A program made the position numbers and the translations under genes. From contig NC_068993.1 of assembly GCF_001194135.2 (NCBI RefSeq), positions 60,686,527 to 60,750,526 of the forward strand: a stretch of 64,000 nt of DNA, given 5' to 3'. Of this stretch, positions 1 through 12,983 are shown piece after piece (within the stretch, counting starts at the first letter, position 1; the number at the start of each line of letters is the position of its first letter). The notes under the pieces were generated by a model. That model saw nothing but the letters and a program-made list of their open reading frames with translations. It searched no databases and was not told where the DNA came from. Origin of the DNA: Octopus bimaculoides. Its lineage: Eukaryota.

Positions 1-180
<180 letters not shown>

Positions 181-724
181 AAACTGGTCATCGATGATGA
201 ACGCTTGCGGTGTCGTTAAACTTGCCGGAAACGGAAAGTGCAGCTAACACATTTACATTTAACAAACATAGCACAACGCAGACTAAGGCTTACAAAAAGG
301 CGGGAAGGTCTTGGTTGGAAAGCCTTTGCTCATAGGTTTAAGCATGGTCAAATGAAGCGAAAGACAAAAAACAACAGCGGTAGCGGTAATGGCCAGAAAA
401 TAAAAACGTTACTGACAAAAGTAAGTACAACAGATTGTTAAAACAGTAGAAAGAACAATATTAATACTAATACTAATAATAATAGTATGGACGACGAAAG
501 GGGGGAAAAGTAGGAGCAAGAATAATAACGACGAAACAACATCAACACCAAGCAGCAACAGCAGCTGCAGCAGCAACATTAACAACGGCAGATACAACAA
601 AAATGGCAGCAACACCAACAGGAACAAAACCGGCAATAATGACATCTTCAACACAAACAGTAACCGTAGCAATGAAAGGAACAATGAAAGGCCACCAACA
701 ACAACAGCAACACCAGCAACAATA

Positions 725-785
<61 letters not shown>

Positions 786-1531
786 TGGCTGCAGCAACAA
801 CACAAAAACTAACAATAGCGACAGGAGTAACTAAATTCGATGGAACACCAACGCAAGTGTCGTTACTATCAAACAGTTCTTGACAACGTTTGTCTTGCGG
901 CAGGCAGATGGTTAGGTCAATGCGGTACGGGACATTTAACTAAAGTGCGTTATTGCAATTAGTAAATGGACCTCCGTTGGTTTCGATGATGAATATTCAA
1001 CTGTTTAATCAACTGAACTACCATGCCATTGAACATGCATGTAAAATGCAATTTAAAATGTCGGAGCAGGCAACAAACACGGCTTCTCTTGATATGGATC
1101 CTTCTGTACAACCCTGAATGAATTTTTACCTTTGATATGAAATGTGTTTCTTTAAGTCTCGTTTAATTATTAAATAATCCAACAACATTTCAGAGAAATG
1201 CATGAAGTCCTTTGCAGCTCTTTTCCCACTTTCCCCTGAGTAGTTTTGTTCATTTATAGCTTGTCCAACAGATACCATGCTTCATTTCTTTTACTTTCGT
1301 GTTATAATATCGTTAGTGAATCAATGAACCAATAAGAAATCCTAGCCATACATTACGTATATTGTATTAAAGATGACCTGACAGGGTGTATCCTTTGAGG
1401 TATATTGTGGGGAAGCAACGTTGTTTATTTCTTTTTTGCTTAGTATGATTTCGGCGTTTAGAATTTGATGATTAATGGCACTTAACAACCATGCAGAGAC
1501 GAGATGTATAAGACTCGTTTACTTTCAATAC

Positions 1532-1738
1532 AATATTGGTTTCAAATTTTGGCACAAGTCCAGTAGTTTCGGAAGAAGGGAGAAATCGATTACATCGGCC
1601 CCCAAAGATCAACTAGTACTTAAGGGATGAAAGGTAAAGTCGATCCCGACGGAATCTGAACTCGAAACGTAAAGACGGACGAGATGCCGCTCAGCATTTC
1701 ATTCGGCATGCTAACGATTCTGCCTGCTCGCAGCCTTA
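1532..1738 (-). mobile_element. tRNA-related SINE, family M (head GGCGGCGAGCTGGCAGAATCGTTAG), diverged copy
   Basis: The reverse complement aligns by eye with the well-preserved copy at 53970-54190 (gctaacgattctgcc, gaactc B-box region, gatgaaaggtaaagtcga, ttcaaattttggcacaag). Confidence 0.85.
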
Positions 1739-1898
1739 CTTTCCATGCAATATTCTCATACATTTATGTATGTCGCGTATGTGTGGATGTATATATGGAT
1801 GTATGTACGTACGCATGTATGTAGTAGGGTAGGTAGATAGGTAGATATGTATGCATGTATACATGTGTGCATGTATATATTTATTGTACGTATCTATG

Positions 1899-2001
<103 letters not shown>

Positions 2002-2179
2002 ATATGTATGCATGTCGATTTATCTCTGCATGTTATCCATTGTTTAATTCTTTGAAGTATTCTTCACTCTCTCGTTCATAAAATGGTTTCCTACAAGACG
2101 CAAAACATAGTCAAAAGTCAAAATCCATCCCACCATTCCACTCCACAATACTTCAACATTTCGCTTATGTACAACATTT

Positions 2180-2314
2180 TAACCTGCTAGAAACCAAAGC
2201 CAAATTTCCCTCAAATTATCCTCTATATTTTCAAAAATATAAAGGTTAATGCAGTTTTCGATACACTATAGGTATAAAACAAATGGGATGGTCATGGTTG
2301 GATTGCCTTTGAAT
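2180..2314 (-). repeat. Unclassified bipartite dispersed repeat (repeat X)
   Basis: Reverse complements of both conserved blocks (tcaaaggcaatccaaccatgaccatccc and atttgagggaaatttggct...tctagcagg) shared with copies at 2965, 36405, 53225 and 57290. Confidence 0.65.
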
Positions 2315-2964
2315 GTGTGCTCAGTCATAATTGAACTAGGATTACATAACATCTCTTCCTCTCTTTTTCCTCTCATTCTCCACCATTTCAGTTCCTTTCT
2401 CTCCCTCATTTTCCTTACCCCTTCCTTCTTATTTACGTCTCTCTCTCTCTCTCTCTCTCTCCCTCCCTCCCTCTATCCATTTATCTATCTATCTATCTAT
2501 CTTGTTCTTTTCTCTTTCTCTTCTTTCTTTCTATGGTTCTCCTCTCTTTATCCATACATTTACCATTCTGTCTTTATTTTTCCATTTTCTCTTCTACCCA
2601 TTTCTTCTACAAAAACCGTTCACAGCAACAGCAGCAACAACAGCAACAACAACAACAACGACGACCTAAGCACAAATTACCATTAATTTCAAGAATAACA
2701 ATTTCTTAGCACAAAAGGCAAAATGTGATTAAATATGTTTGTGTCTTTTTTTCTTCTTTAATCTTCCCTTATAAATGATGACATTCTAGGATTCCACCCT
2801 CCATCTATCGGGGATCAATACCCAGTGTTTGATGAGTTCTATCGAATTATTGCTATTGTTGTTGTCGTATTTGTTTCCACTCATATTGGCTCTGATCGAA
2901 ATCATTCCAGTCGTGACTACCATGCCTTTTTAGTGATGGTTTAGGAATCCTGTCCGCATTTGTT

Positions 2965-3440
2965 GTTGTTTAGCGCCCAAGTCGACTTTGATGGATCTGA
3001 CCCGTGAGCAAAGCTATTCTAGCCGTGACCATCCCCTTTTATCCTTATGTTAAGGTACCTAAAGACCACATATTCAACGTGGTCTTTACGAATTTAGAGT
3101 GTAATTTGAGGGCGACATGCCTGTTACTTTTAGCTAGTCCAGTGACCCACATGGAACTCCTGCGGTTGATTCATCTTTCAATTTCGGACAGAGTGGTGAA
3201 ATTTAAGAGATATTTAGCTGCTATTTCTAGTAGATCGAACGGTTTTATAATAAATGTTCTTCGTCGTCTTACATTGTTAATCCGCTCCGATTCTGAAAAG
3301 CCATGCAGTTGAGAGCGACTTTTTCTTGCCTTTGAGATTCAACGTATCTTTGACCATATTGTCCAAAATAACGCGGAGTGAAATTAGACAGAAATTTAGC
3401 TGTTACTTCTAGCAAATCGATCCGACTACATAGAAGTTAT
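2965..3440 (+). repeat. Repeat X, one copy plus a partial second 3' block
   Basis: Block 1 (ttgtttagcgcccaagtc...ctattctagccgtgaccatccc). Block 2 (gtgtaatttgaggg...atttagctgctatttctag) at 3100-3240, repeated at about 3390-3440. Confidence 0.65.
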
Positions 3441-4519
3441 CTCGTTCGTTGGAACATACAGTTTAGTACTCAGTTGTTGCTGCAGAAACATACTGTCTTT
3501 ATGACAACAACGACAACAACAACAACAATAATAACAAAAAAATTATACAACAACCATTCAACAAAAACAACAACTGCGATAATAAAAGCAGTTAACAACA
3601 AAACAACAGCAATACAGCAACAGCTGTTAAGCAACTGCTACTGCTGCTGCTACTACTACAACTACTACTACTACTACGACGACGACGACGACTATCAGTA
3701 CCACCATTACTATTATCACGACTGCCATTATCACCACCATCATTAGTACTAATGCTGCTGCCGTTGCTGCCGCTGCTGCCAGCACCGTCACTAATAATAA
3801 CACGACCACAACAACCACTACCACCATCACTACGACCATTTCTATCACCACTACTACGGCTGTGATGAGATAGACGGGAGGAGGAAGAGTGAAAGCGAAA
3901 GTGAAAGTGAAAGTGAAAGTATAGAGGGAGTAAGTGCAGTAAGAGTATGGTGGTGAGTAAAAGTGTCGAAAATAAGCAACAGAAGATTAGGGTGTGGCTG
4001 ATCAGTTCGATCTGAAGTTAAAAGGAGAAATATTGAATTAAACGACATTTCATAATTAAAATTAATCAGAGAGCTTTTTTGAAGATATTAGTGCTGGTGG
4101 TGGTGGTGGTGGTGCTGGTGGTGCTGGTGGTTATAGTGGTGGTTAAAATGGTAGAGATATTAGCGGTAGTGTCCAAGATGGTGTCGATGGAGATGTTGTC
4201 TTTTTGGGTATGGGCGGTAGTGTTGGGGGTTGTGGTATTGATGGTGATGATGATGGTGGTCGTCGTCGTGGTTGTTGTGGTATTGTTCATAAGATTGAGG
4301 GGGATGCTGGCTTTTTTTATAGTGGTGGTAGCGATGCTTTTGGTGGTCATGTTGGTGGAGTTGGTTGTGTCGGTGGTAGTAATTCTAGTGGTGGTGGTGA
4401 TGGCGTTGTAGAGGTGGTAGTGTCAGTGACAATATTCTTGTTGGTGTTGACGGGGGCGTTGGCTCTTTTGCTAGTGGTGGTAGTGTTGGCGAGTAGTAGT
4501 AGTAGTAGTAGTAGTTGTC

Positions 4520-4570
<51 letters not shown>

Positions 4571-4736
4571 GGTGGTGGTGGTAGGGCTGGCGGGGTTTGT
4601 TAGTCCTGGTGGTTTAAGAATCTATGGCGTTGATGTTAATGATAGAAGCGTTTCCACTTGTCTATAGTAATGGATGCCAGTGATGCCGTTGAAGAAGAAT
4701 CACGTAAAGTAATATATAATATAGAATGGAGAAATG

Positions 4737-4819
<83 letters not shown>

Positions 4820-5047
4820 AGTGAGTGTTTGTAGTGAATGGCTTTCCTATCAAACGCCGTGTTATAGTTAAAAGCACGACTAGGTTCAAGTTTGATATTT
4901 TTTTATCAAAGGCTTTTTTCTTCTCCTTCTTTCTTAATTAGTGACGTTTATTTTGGAACAATAGCTTTCCTCATCCCATTAACATTTCAAAACTTGATCA
5001 ACTCCATCATCGACATAAGTGCGGATAATCCGCTGTTTTAGCGAAAT

Positions 5048-5349
5048 AGGCGCGTAGCTTAGTGGCTAGGGTATTCAGCTACCGACCGTAAAGTTGTGCG
5101 TTCGATTCCCGAAAGTGCGTTGTGCATTTTATTTCTCATTCCTCCAGTCCACTTAGCTAGGAAAAATGAGGAGCAGCTTCAATTGAAAGGGCCAGCCTTG
5201 TTATATTCTGTATCACACTGAATCTCCATTGAGAACTACGTTAAGGCCCACTTGCTTGCCGAATATTCAACCACTTGCACGTTAATGAGCAGGTTGTTCT
5301 GTTGATCGGATCAACTGGAGTGTTCGTCGTCGTAACCGACGGAGAGCCA
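5048..5349 (+). mobile_element. tRNA-derived CORE-type SINE with family-B 3' tail
   Basis: A box (tagcttagtggc), B box (gttcgattcc), CORE-like block (ccagtccacttagct..aaaaatgag) and tail (gagaactacgttaagg...tcgtcgtaaccgacggag) shared with 30199-30522 and 54282-54636. Confidence 0.9.
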
Positions 5350-6051
5350 GGTCAGTTAGCGACATATGAAGGATGCACATACACACACACACACGCCCTC
5401 ACACGCACACTCCCACACCCACATACACACGCACACCCTTCCTAACTCACATGCCCATACAAACACATGTTGATACGCCCTTTCTCCATAGTAAAAGTCA
5501 ATAAAATTGATTTGAAACTGCACAGGGTGTCGTTAAGAAGATTTATTTACAAAAATTGAACCGGTCCCAATCACGTGATTCTCTAAAATGATTCGAAATG
5601 GAACTGTGTTGCTGCGTCACGGTTGCAGCATAGCTGTGTACGTGTGCGCATATATATGTATGCATCTGTGCGTATGTGTATAAGTGTGTATATGTTGTGT
5701 GCCTACGCATTTACGCCAGCACCGTCCGTGCAACGCCCCAGATGGAGACATTTAATAGCAGGGCGAGAGCGATGTGACTTACTAAATACTTTCAAAGCGA
5801 TCACAGCACTTGGCCGCCGTCGGAAGACTGGAAGCAATAAAGGTACAGCAGAATAAAAGAATAACAGTATAAAAGAATTAAGGAATAGTCTCTTGCTCGA
5901 TGCTTCTCTCTCAGAGATATAGTATGCTCTTTAAATTAACCCTGGCTTTAGCAGCTTTCTACGCTTCACGTTGAAATTTCATGCTGGACACACACACACA
6001 GGGGTGTGTATGTGTGTGTGTGTCTGTCTGTGTGTTTATCTGAAAGAGTGC

Positions 6052-6455
6052 NNNNNNNNNNNNNNNNNNNNNNNNNNNNNNNNNNNNNNNNNNNNNNNNN
6101 NNNNNNNNNNNNNNNNNNNNNNNNNNNNNNNNNNNNNNNNNNNNNNNNNNNNNNNNNNNNNNNNNNNNNNNNNNNNNNNNNNNNNNNNNNNNNNNNNNNN
6201 NNNNNNNNNNNNNNNNNNNNNNNNNNNNNNNNNNNNNNNNNNNNNNNNNNNNNNNNNNNNNNNNNNNNNNNNNNNNNNNNNNNNNNNNNNNNNNNNNNNN
6301 NNNNNNNNNNNNNNNNNNNNNNNNNNNNNNNNNNNNNNNNNNNNNNNNNNNNNNNNNNNNNNNNNNNNNNNNNNNNNNNNNNNNNNNNNNNNNNNNNNNN
6401 NNNNNNNNNNNNNNNNNNNNNNNNNNNNNNNNNNNNNNNNNNNNNNNNNNNNNNN
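6052..6455. other. Assembly gap (N-run)
   Basis: Direct reading. The other larger gaps are at 12246-12483, 15343-15994, 16642-17165, 20392-20509, 37372-37727, 43471-43637, 46493-46648 and 57796-58633. There are also 10-N joins at about 7060, 9034, 10209, 11130 and 40886. Most gaps are flanked by microsatellites. Confidence 0.99.
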
Positions 6456-6492
<37 letters not shown>

Positions 6493-7069
6493 CACATATA
6501 CATACATACATATGCATGTATATACATGGTATTGAAAGCATTATTGACTTTATGGTGTTTTCCTATTCATAATTATTAGAAGGCGCCATGTGATAATTTG
6601 AGAATAACACAAGGAAATAACTAGAAGGAAGCTTATATTAAATCTCAGCATTGTGTTATATCATTATGGTAATTATGCCGAGTTGTTCAACGCTCATTAT
6701 TCCGGCAGTAGATCCGGTTAAAACTATATAAAAGTCTAAATACTAGCGTTCACCTTAACAAATGTAAATAGGTTCTCATAAACGTACACAGGAGCGTGAA
6801 GATGCATTATTCAACATCCTCATTCGTATGCACACATTTCAACAGATAAAATTGCACACACACACGCACACCCGCACACACTAACACACTCAAATATACA
6901 CACACACACTCAAATATACACACACACACTCACTCGCTCACTCACTCAAACACACAGACCCTAAAACAGTCACTTCTTCCTATAAATGCATACACAAACT
7001 CACACGTGCACACACAGACGTATTCATACACAGATGGACATACACGCACACACACACACNNNNNNNNNN

Positions 7070-7210
7070 AATCGATCCCAAGATTTATTCTTTCTAAACC
7101 TAGTACTTATTCCATCGGTCTTTTTTCTCGAACCGCTAAGTTACGGGGACGTAAACACACCAGCATCGGTAGTCAAGCGATGATGGGGGGACGAGAAACA
7201 CAGACACACA
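7070..7210 (-). mobile_element. SINE family A, 3' half
   Basis: High similarity to 29760-30151 (cctagtacttat, gaaccgctaagttacggggacgtaaacacaccagcatcggt). Confidence 0.9.
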
Positions 7211-8647
7211 AACATAATGTGATCCAGCAGCGTGTACGTAGGTACATAAACACGCATGTAGAAGCAGAGATGGATGCACGCATGTATATACAATTATAAA
7301 CACCGTTTAAAATTGGTAACTGATATTGTAAAAGTCTGGAAGAGACTAAAGAACAAATGCCATAACAGAATTCTGATGATGCAATCGAATGTTTAACAGA
7401 TGCAATCTGAAAGTGTTCCTTAGTTTTGGAATTTACCAATATTAACCAAGACTAAGGCAGCACCAATAATAAGCAGGTAGAGCCAAACACGTCAGGAATA
7501 AATGGCAATTTTGAAAGTTTCAAAAATGAAAAACAGGGTAGCGGTGGTGGTAATGCAAAGGAAACGCATATCATGGTCACCACCACCACCACCACAACAA
7601 CAACAACAACATTAACAAAAACAACAACCACTACCATCACAACCGCTATCATCATTATCATCATGGTCACAATACTTATCCCCATAATCGTCATCAAAAT
7701 CCCACCAGCACCACCACCGCCATCACCACGACTACCATCCTCTCCATTGTCATAATCACTGCCACGAAGACCAGCACCACCACCAACAACAGCACCATCA
7801 TCACTAATCTCATCATCATCATCATCATCATCGCAATCAGCATCCCACAGCAACCGACCGACTCCCCACCATTACGACCACTATCATCATCATTATCGCA
7901 ACCGCCGTCATAATTATCGTCGTCGCCGCCGCCACCACCACCATCAGTACCATTACTATCATCATCACCATCACCAATCCAATCACAACCTGCAACATCA
8001 CCACCACCACCACCACCACCACCACCACCACCACCACCACCACCACTACTATAATTATAACATACTTTAACCTGATGTTTGCCGTTTAGTTGTCCGTTTT
8101 AATAACAGACTTGGCTGAATGTATGGATGTGTGTATGTATGATTGCACGCGTACGTTTATCTCTGCCTATATGCATGTGTATATATGTATGTATATGTTT
8201 GTCCATTTATATATTTGTATATGCATGTGTATGCATATGTGTATGCAGGTGTGTCTATTTGTCAGCGTGTATATGTATGTGTATGTATGGTTATTAGTGC
8301 GTAGATGAGTATATATATGTATCCATGTAGTTGTACGTGTATGTTTATATGTATTCGTGTATATATGTGTATGTATATATGGGTCCGTGCATATGCGTGT
8401 ATGTAATTGTATGTCTTTATATATTTGTCCCTGTGTATATGTGTGCATGTATTTCCGTAGGTCTACGGATATGTGAGTATGCATATTTGTGTGTGTGGAA
8501 ATTTGTGATGCGTGTATGCATATTTGCGTACATATCTGTGCACTTACGCATGTTTTACTGTACGTGCGTATGTGTTTGTGTCTAAATGTATATTTATATA
8601 TGCATGTGCATAACGTGCGTATGTATATATACATAAATATATGTATG

Positions 8648-8699
<52 letters not shown>

Positions 8700-8708
8700 T
8701 AGATAGAG

Positions 8709-8773
<65 letters not shown>

Positions 8774-8989
8774 TGCACACGCACAAATATTATGTATTAC
8801 CGTGTTTTTCTGTCTGTTTGTTTATTATCCGGCCTTATCCTTTTCATACAATTGAGGATCGTGCCTGGATTAAGCCGGATAAATACAAAGGAATCTTATC
8901 GACAGTCAGATAGACAGACAGGCGAACAGACACAAACAGAGACATAAACACACAGATTTGCTTAGACAGACAGGTGCACAGAGACACAT

Positions 8990-8991
8990 GC

Positions 8992-9033
<42 letters not shown>

Positions 9034-9043
9034 NNNNNNNNNN

Positions 9044-9087
<44 letters not shown>

Positions 9088-9402
9088 AGAGATCGGCAGA
9101 CAGAGGAAGGAGAGAGGAGAGAGAGAAACAGAGAGAGGTAAGGGAGAGACAGAGAGAAATAAGAGAGAGACAGAAAGAAATAAGAGAGAGAGAGACAGGG
9201 AGAGATAGAGATGACTTAGAGGGAGACAGAGAGAACTAAGACAGAGATAGAGAGAGAGAGAGAGACAGACAGACAGAAGGAGTAAGAGAGAGAAGTGAGA
9301 GAGACAGAGACCGAGGGAGACAGAGAGAGCGACAGATAGAGAGAGGCCGAGGGAGAAAGAGAGGGAGAGAGAGAAAGCGAGAAAGAGAGGGAGAGAGAGA
9401 GT
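8990..9402. repeat. (GA)-rich purine tract, pure and degenerate (GA)n/(GACA)n
   Basis: Direct reading; spans a 10-N join. Confidence 0.95.
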
Positions 9403-9779
9403 CGTACCTATACGCGTTTATAAAGAAACAAGACTAAAATAATTTTATTCCCGAGTTTTCCCTTCCGCCATGCTAGCTTTGTGTGTTTTTTTTCTTCTTT
9501 ATTTGTGCTTTATTTTGTCATATTATCCTAATCGTTTATGATTATTATTTTGCTTCCTTCGACAGAAGGTCACAAAGATTATTTTGTAGAAAAGGAATTA
9601 GGTTGCAGCGAATCCTTAATGAGATCTGATTCTAATGTGGCTTTTTAAAAAATACTTTTTAATCGGAGGACAATTATTGGGAGCTGCTGTTTGAGTTTTA
9701 ATGAACTTCAACTTGGGATTGAAACTGCATTCGTTACATCCACGAACTTACCCCGTGTTGTTGACTGCAATTATATTGT

Positions 9780-9975
9780 TTAACCCTTTAACATTCAGAT
9801 TCCTCTGTCAAATGTGATGCTTATTTATTATTCGCAGTTTTGAATTAGCTTTGAAATTCCAATGATTTGATTGTTTTTAAAATGACATTGTAGGGTAGGT
9901 GTGAGAGGCTGGATCTAGCCAGTATGAACATAAAACAAGTAGAATACTTAGGTCGGATATGGCCCTTTTGAACAA
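9780..9975. mobile_element. Probable piggyBac-type MITE remnant
   Basis: The left end reads TTAA|CCCTTTAACATT, matching the piggyBac TTAA target and CCC-starting terminus. The right terminus is not intact, so the TIR pair cannot be confirmed. Confidence 0.4.
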
Positions 9976-10004
9976 AAGATGGATCCTCAGAGGAATCATT
10001 CGAC

Positions 10005-10208
10005 TTACTTTAACTTTTACTGGTTTCAGTCGTTTGACTGCAGCCATGCTGGAGCACCGCCTTTAGTCGAACAAACCGACCCCAGGACTTATTCTTTGTA
10101 AGCCTAGTACTTATGTCTATCGGGCTCTTTTTTCGAACCGCTAAGTTACGGGGACGTAAACACACCAGCATCGGTTGTCAAGCGATGGTGGGGGGGACAA
10201 ACATACAC
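10005..10208 (-). mobile_element. SINE family A, 3' half
   Basis: Very similar to 29760-29970 (ttcagtcgtttgactgcagccatgctggagcaccgcctttagtcg...). Confidence 0.92.
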
Positions 10209-10218
10209 NNNNNNNNNN

Positions 10219-10271
<53 letters not shown>

Positions 10272-10806
10272 ACACATATATAGGCGGTGCCCCCAGGGTG
10301 TCAACAGTCTTGTGAGTAAAACAAGTAAAAACTAAAAGTTAAACCCTTGCTTTCAGCTGGATATCCCAGGCCCGTCCCACATTGTCCCTGTTCTCTTAGA
10401 CATATAAATGTGAAGTGCACGTGTAAGAGAGGTGAGGAGCACTTTTTCTAGTTTGACATAATATTACCTTCCATATCACCAATATCTGAAATATATCACC
10501 CAGATTGCCAGGTCCCTTAATATCTCAACACATTTATAACTCTTAAGATTAATATTAACGAAAATATCATCGAGATAAACGAGAATGCTAATATGTTATA
10601 TAACATTTTCCTCCATGTAGCCGATATCATCAAACATATCAGGCAGATAACCAAGTTCTTCGATATGGTAATACCTTAGGACCAAATAGCCAATAACATC
10701 AAAGCCCAGTTCTTCAAATATATTTATATTCTCCGCATATATTCTCAAGGGATATCATACAGATAACCCAGTTTACCGATATTTCAATACCTTTTATTCA
10801 TATCAC

Positions 10807-10968
10807 AGGCAGAGGCGTGGCTGTGTGAAAGCAAACTTGCTTCCCATCTAAATTGTTCGGGGTTCATTCCCATTGCATGGCACTTTGGGCAAGTGTCTCC
10901 TACTAAATTCCTGGGCCGACCAAAGCTTTATGAAAGGATTTAGTAGACGGAAATTGAAAGAAACCCGC
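10807..10968 (+). mobile_element. SINE family A, 5' half (tRNA-like head plus body)
   Basis: ggcgtggctgtgtg A-box region, ggggttcattccc B-box region, ggcactttgggcaagtgtct, gggccgaccaaagc. It is the reverse complement of 30000-30151. Confidence 0.88.
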
Positions 10969-11017
10969 ATATATATATATATATATTCTTTTATTCCTTA
11001 TTTTCTCTTATTCCTTC

Positions 11018-11125
11018 CTGTTGAAGAGCATAGACTCGAAACGTCAAAGACTTTCTCACTTTCTCGAGCGTCAAACTATTAAAACTACTTGTTGTTCATA
11101 CACCTGTGTTCTTCTTTTGTTTTTC
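11018..11125 (+). mobile_element. Possible Penelope-like element LTR remnant with hammerhead-like motif
   Basis: CTGTTGA-A-GAGC-atag-ACTC-GAAAC-GTC resembles the CUGANGA..GAAAC core typical of Penelope LTRs, but A6 is mutated and no stem I is evident. Confidence 0.4.
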
Positions 11126-11587
11126 AGTANNNNNNNNNNTATATATATATATATATCCTGTTTAACCCAAACTATTGTAGAGGAAAGAAAAAATCTCGGC
11201 CAGACGTTTTTCTTCTAATATAAACTCACTCTTAACGATTTTGATAGTTTTATCCTATATTCTTGGATGCTAGACGACATTGTTCCAGATTTTGGCTTCC
11301 AACTTCCAGAAGCACTACCAATTAACGAATATCACAAGAGATTTGCTCTAGTTAATAAGCACTCATCTATAATGGGATCATACAAAATTCAAAGAACATT
11401 AAAACACAATTTCAAATAAACCAAAAAATAACAAACAATTCGACAGACAAAACAAAACTAGGTTAATGTTATGACACTGTTCTCGTTTCGTTTCCGTATT
11501 TATTTTGTTGTTTTTTGTCATATTTGCTGATATATTAAATATTCGATTTCGAAGTAGCTACGTTTCTGGCTGTTGTTGTTGTTGTCG

Positions 11588-11673
11588 TTCTTCTTCTTCT
11601 TCTTCTTCTTCTTCTTCTTCTTCTTCTTCTTCTTCTTCTTCTTCTTCTTCTTCTTCTTCTTCTTCTTCTTCTT

Positions 11674-11703
<30 letters not shown>
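11588..11703. repeat. (TTC)n microsatellite, about 38 units
   Basis: Direct reading. Confidence 0.98.
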
Positions 11704-11706
<3 letters not shown>

Positions 11707-12058
11707 CATTATTATTAATTTTTATTTCTTTCTTTTTGGTTTCTTTCAACCACTCCTGCTTTTGTTGTTAAGTCTACATTGTTATTTTAACTGTTGTTTT
11801 TGTTGTTGTTGTTGTTGGTGGTGCTGTTCCCTTTTGGCATACAAATGCCCTTAATGGATTTAATAAGCGCTTTGCCTGGCTTCGTGGCATTCTTGGCTTC
11901 TTTCTTTCATTCTTCTCCTTCCTTCTTTTCTTCTTTCTTTACTTCACAATCCATTTATTGTGTAATTTCCGTAGAGTAGAACTGCACATTAAGCAAATCA
12001 TCCACCTACAGATATATTGTTGTACAATAAATGCACATGTAGGCATATACGTACGGAT

Positions 12059-12120
<62 letters not shown>

Positions 12121-12707
12121 ATATATGCATACATATATATATTTATATGTATATAATATATATATGTATATATGTATGTATATATATATTTATGTATATA
12201 CATACGTATGCATGCATATATGTTTATACATACATACATATATATNNNNNNNNNNNNNNNNNNNNNNNNNNNNNNNNNNNNNNNNNNNNNNNNNNNNNNN
12301 NNNNNNNNNNNNNNNNNNNNNNNNNNNNNNNNNNNNNNNNNNNNNNNNNNNNNNNNNNNNNNNNNNNNNNNNNNNNNNNNNNNNNNNNNNNNNNNNNNNN
12401 NNNNNNNNNNNNNNNNNNNNNNNNNNNNNNNNNNNNNNNNNNNNNNNNNNNNNNNNNNNNNNNNNNNNNNNNNNNNNNNNNNNTATATATATATATATAT
12501 ACATACATACAGATAACTACTCGTTCACATACAAGCGAAGCATCTACGACCAATGTAATATGCGTACGTAGCTATTCAGACGTACACTCACACATGTATG
12601 TGTATATATATATATATATATATACATATATACATATATATCATATGTATGTGTGTATTGAACACGGATGAACTTAAGTGGTATAATACATACGCATACA
12701 TACACGT

Positions 12708-12773
12708 ATACATTAAGTATATATGCATACATTAAGTATATATGCATACATTAAGTACATATGCATACATTAA
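12708..12773. repeat. 19-bp tandem repeat (ATACATTAAGTATATATGC) x3.5
   Basis: Units start at 12708, 12727, 12746 and 12765. Confidence 0.92.
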
Positions 12774-12903
12774 ATCTTGTGTAGAGAGGAAATGAACGTG
12801 TGACATATATCTAACGACTGAAGTTCCAATTTCGGCAAAAATGAGTAAATGTCTGAACGATCTCGAGCGATTGGTCTTCAAGCGTATATATGGGTATACA
12901 TCG

Positions 12904-12983
<80 letters not shown>

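Noticed and set aside
272-420. Possible plus-strand exon ending at AAA|GTAAGT
   Set aside because: Weak acceptor, low-complexity K/N/G-rich peptide and location between degenerate trinucleotide tracts.
5048-5115. tRNA genes suggested by A/B boxes (also 44553-44620 and 54565-54636)
   Set aside because: No complete cloverleaf or acceptor stem; each continues into a SINE body found in multiple copies.
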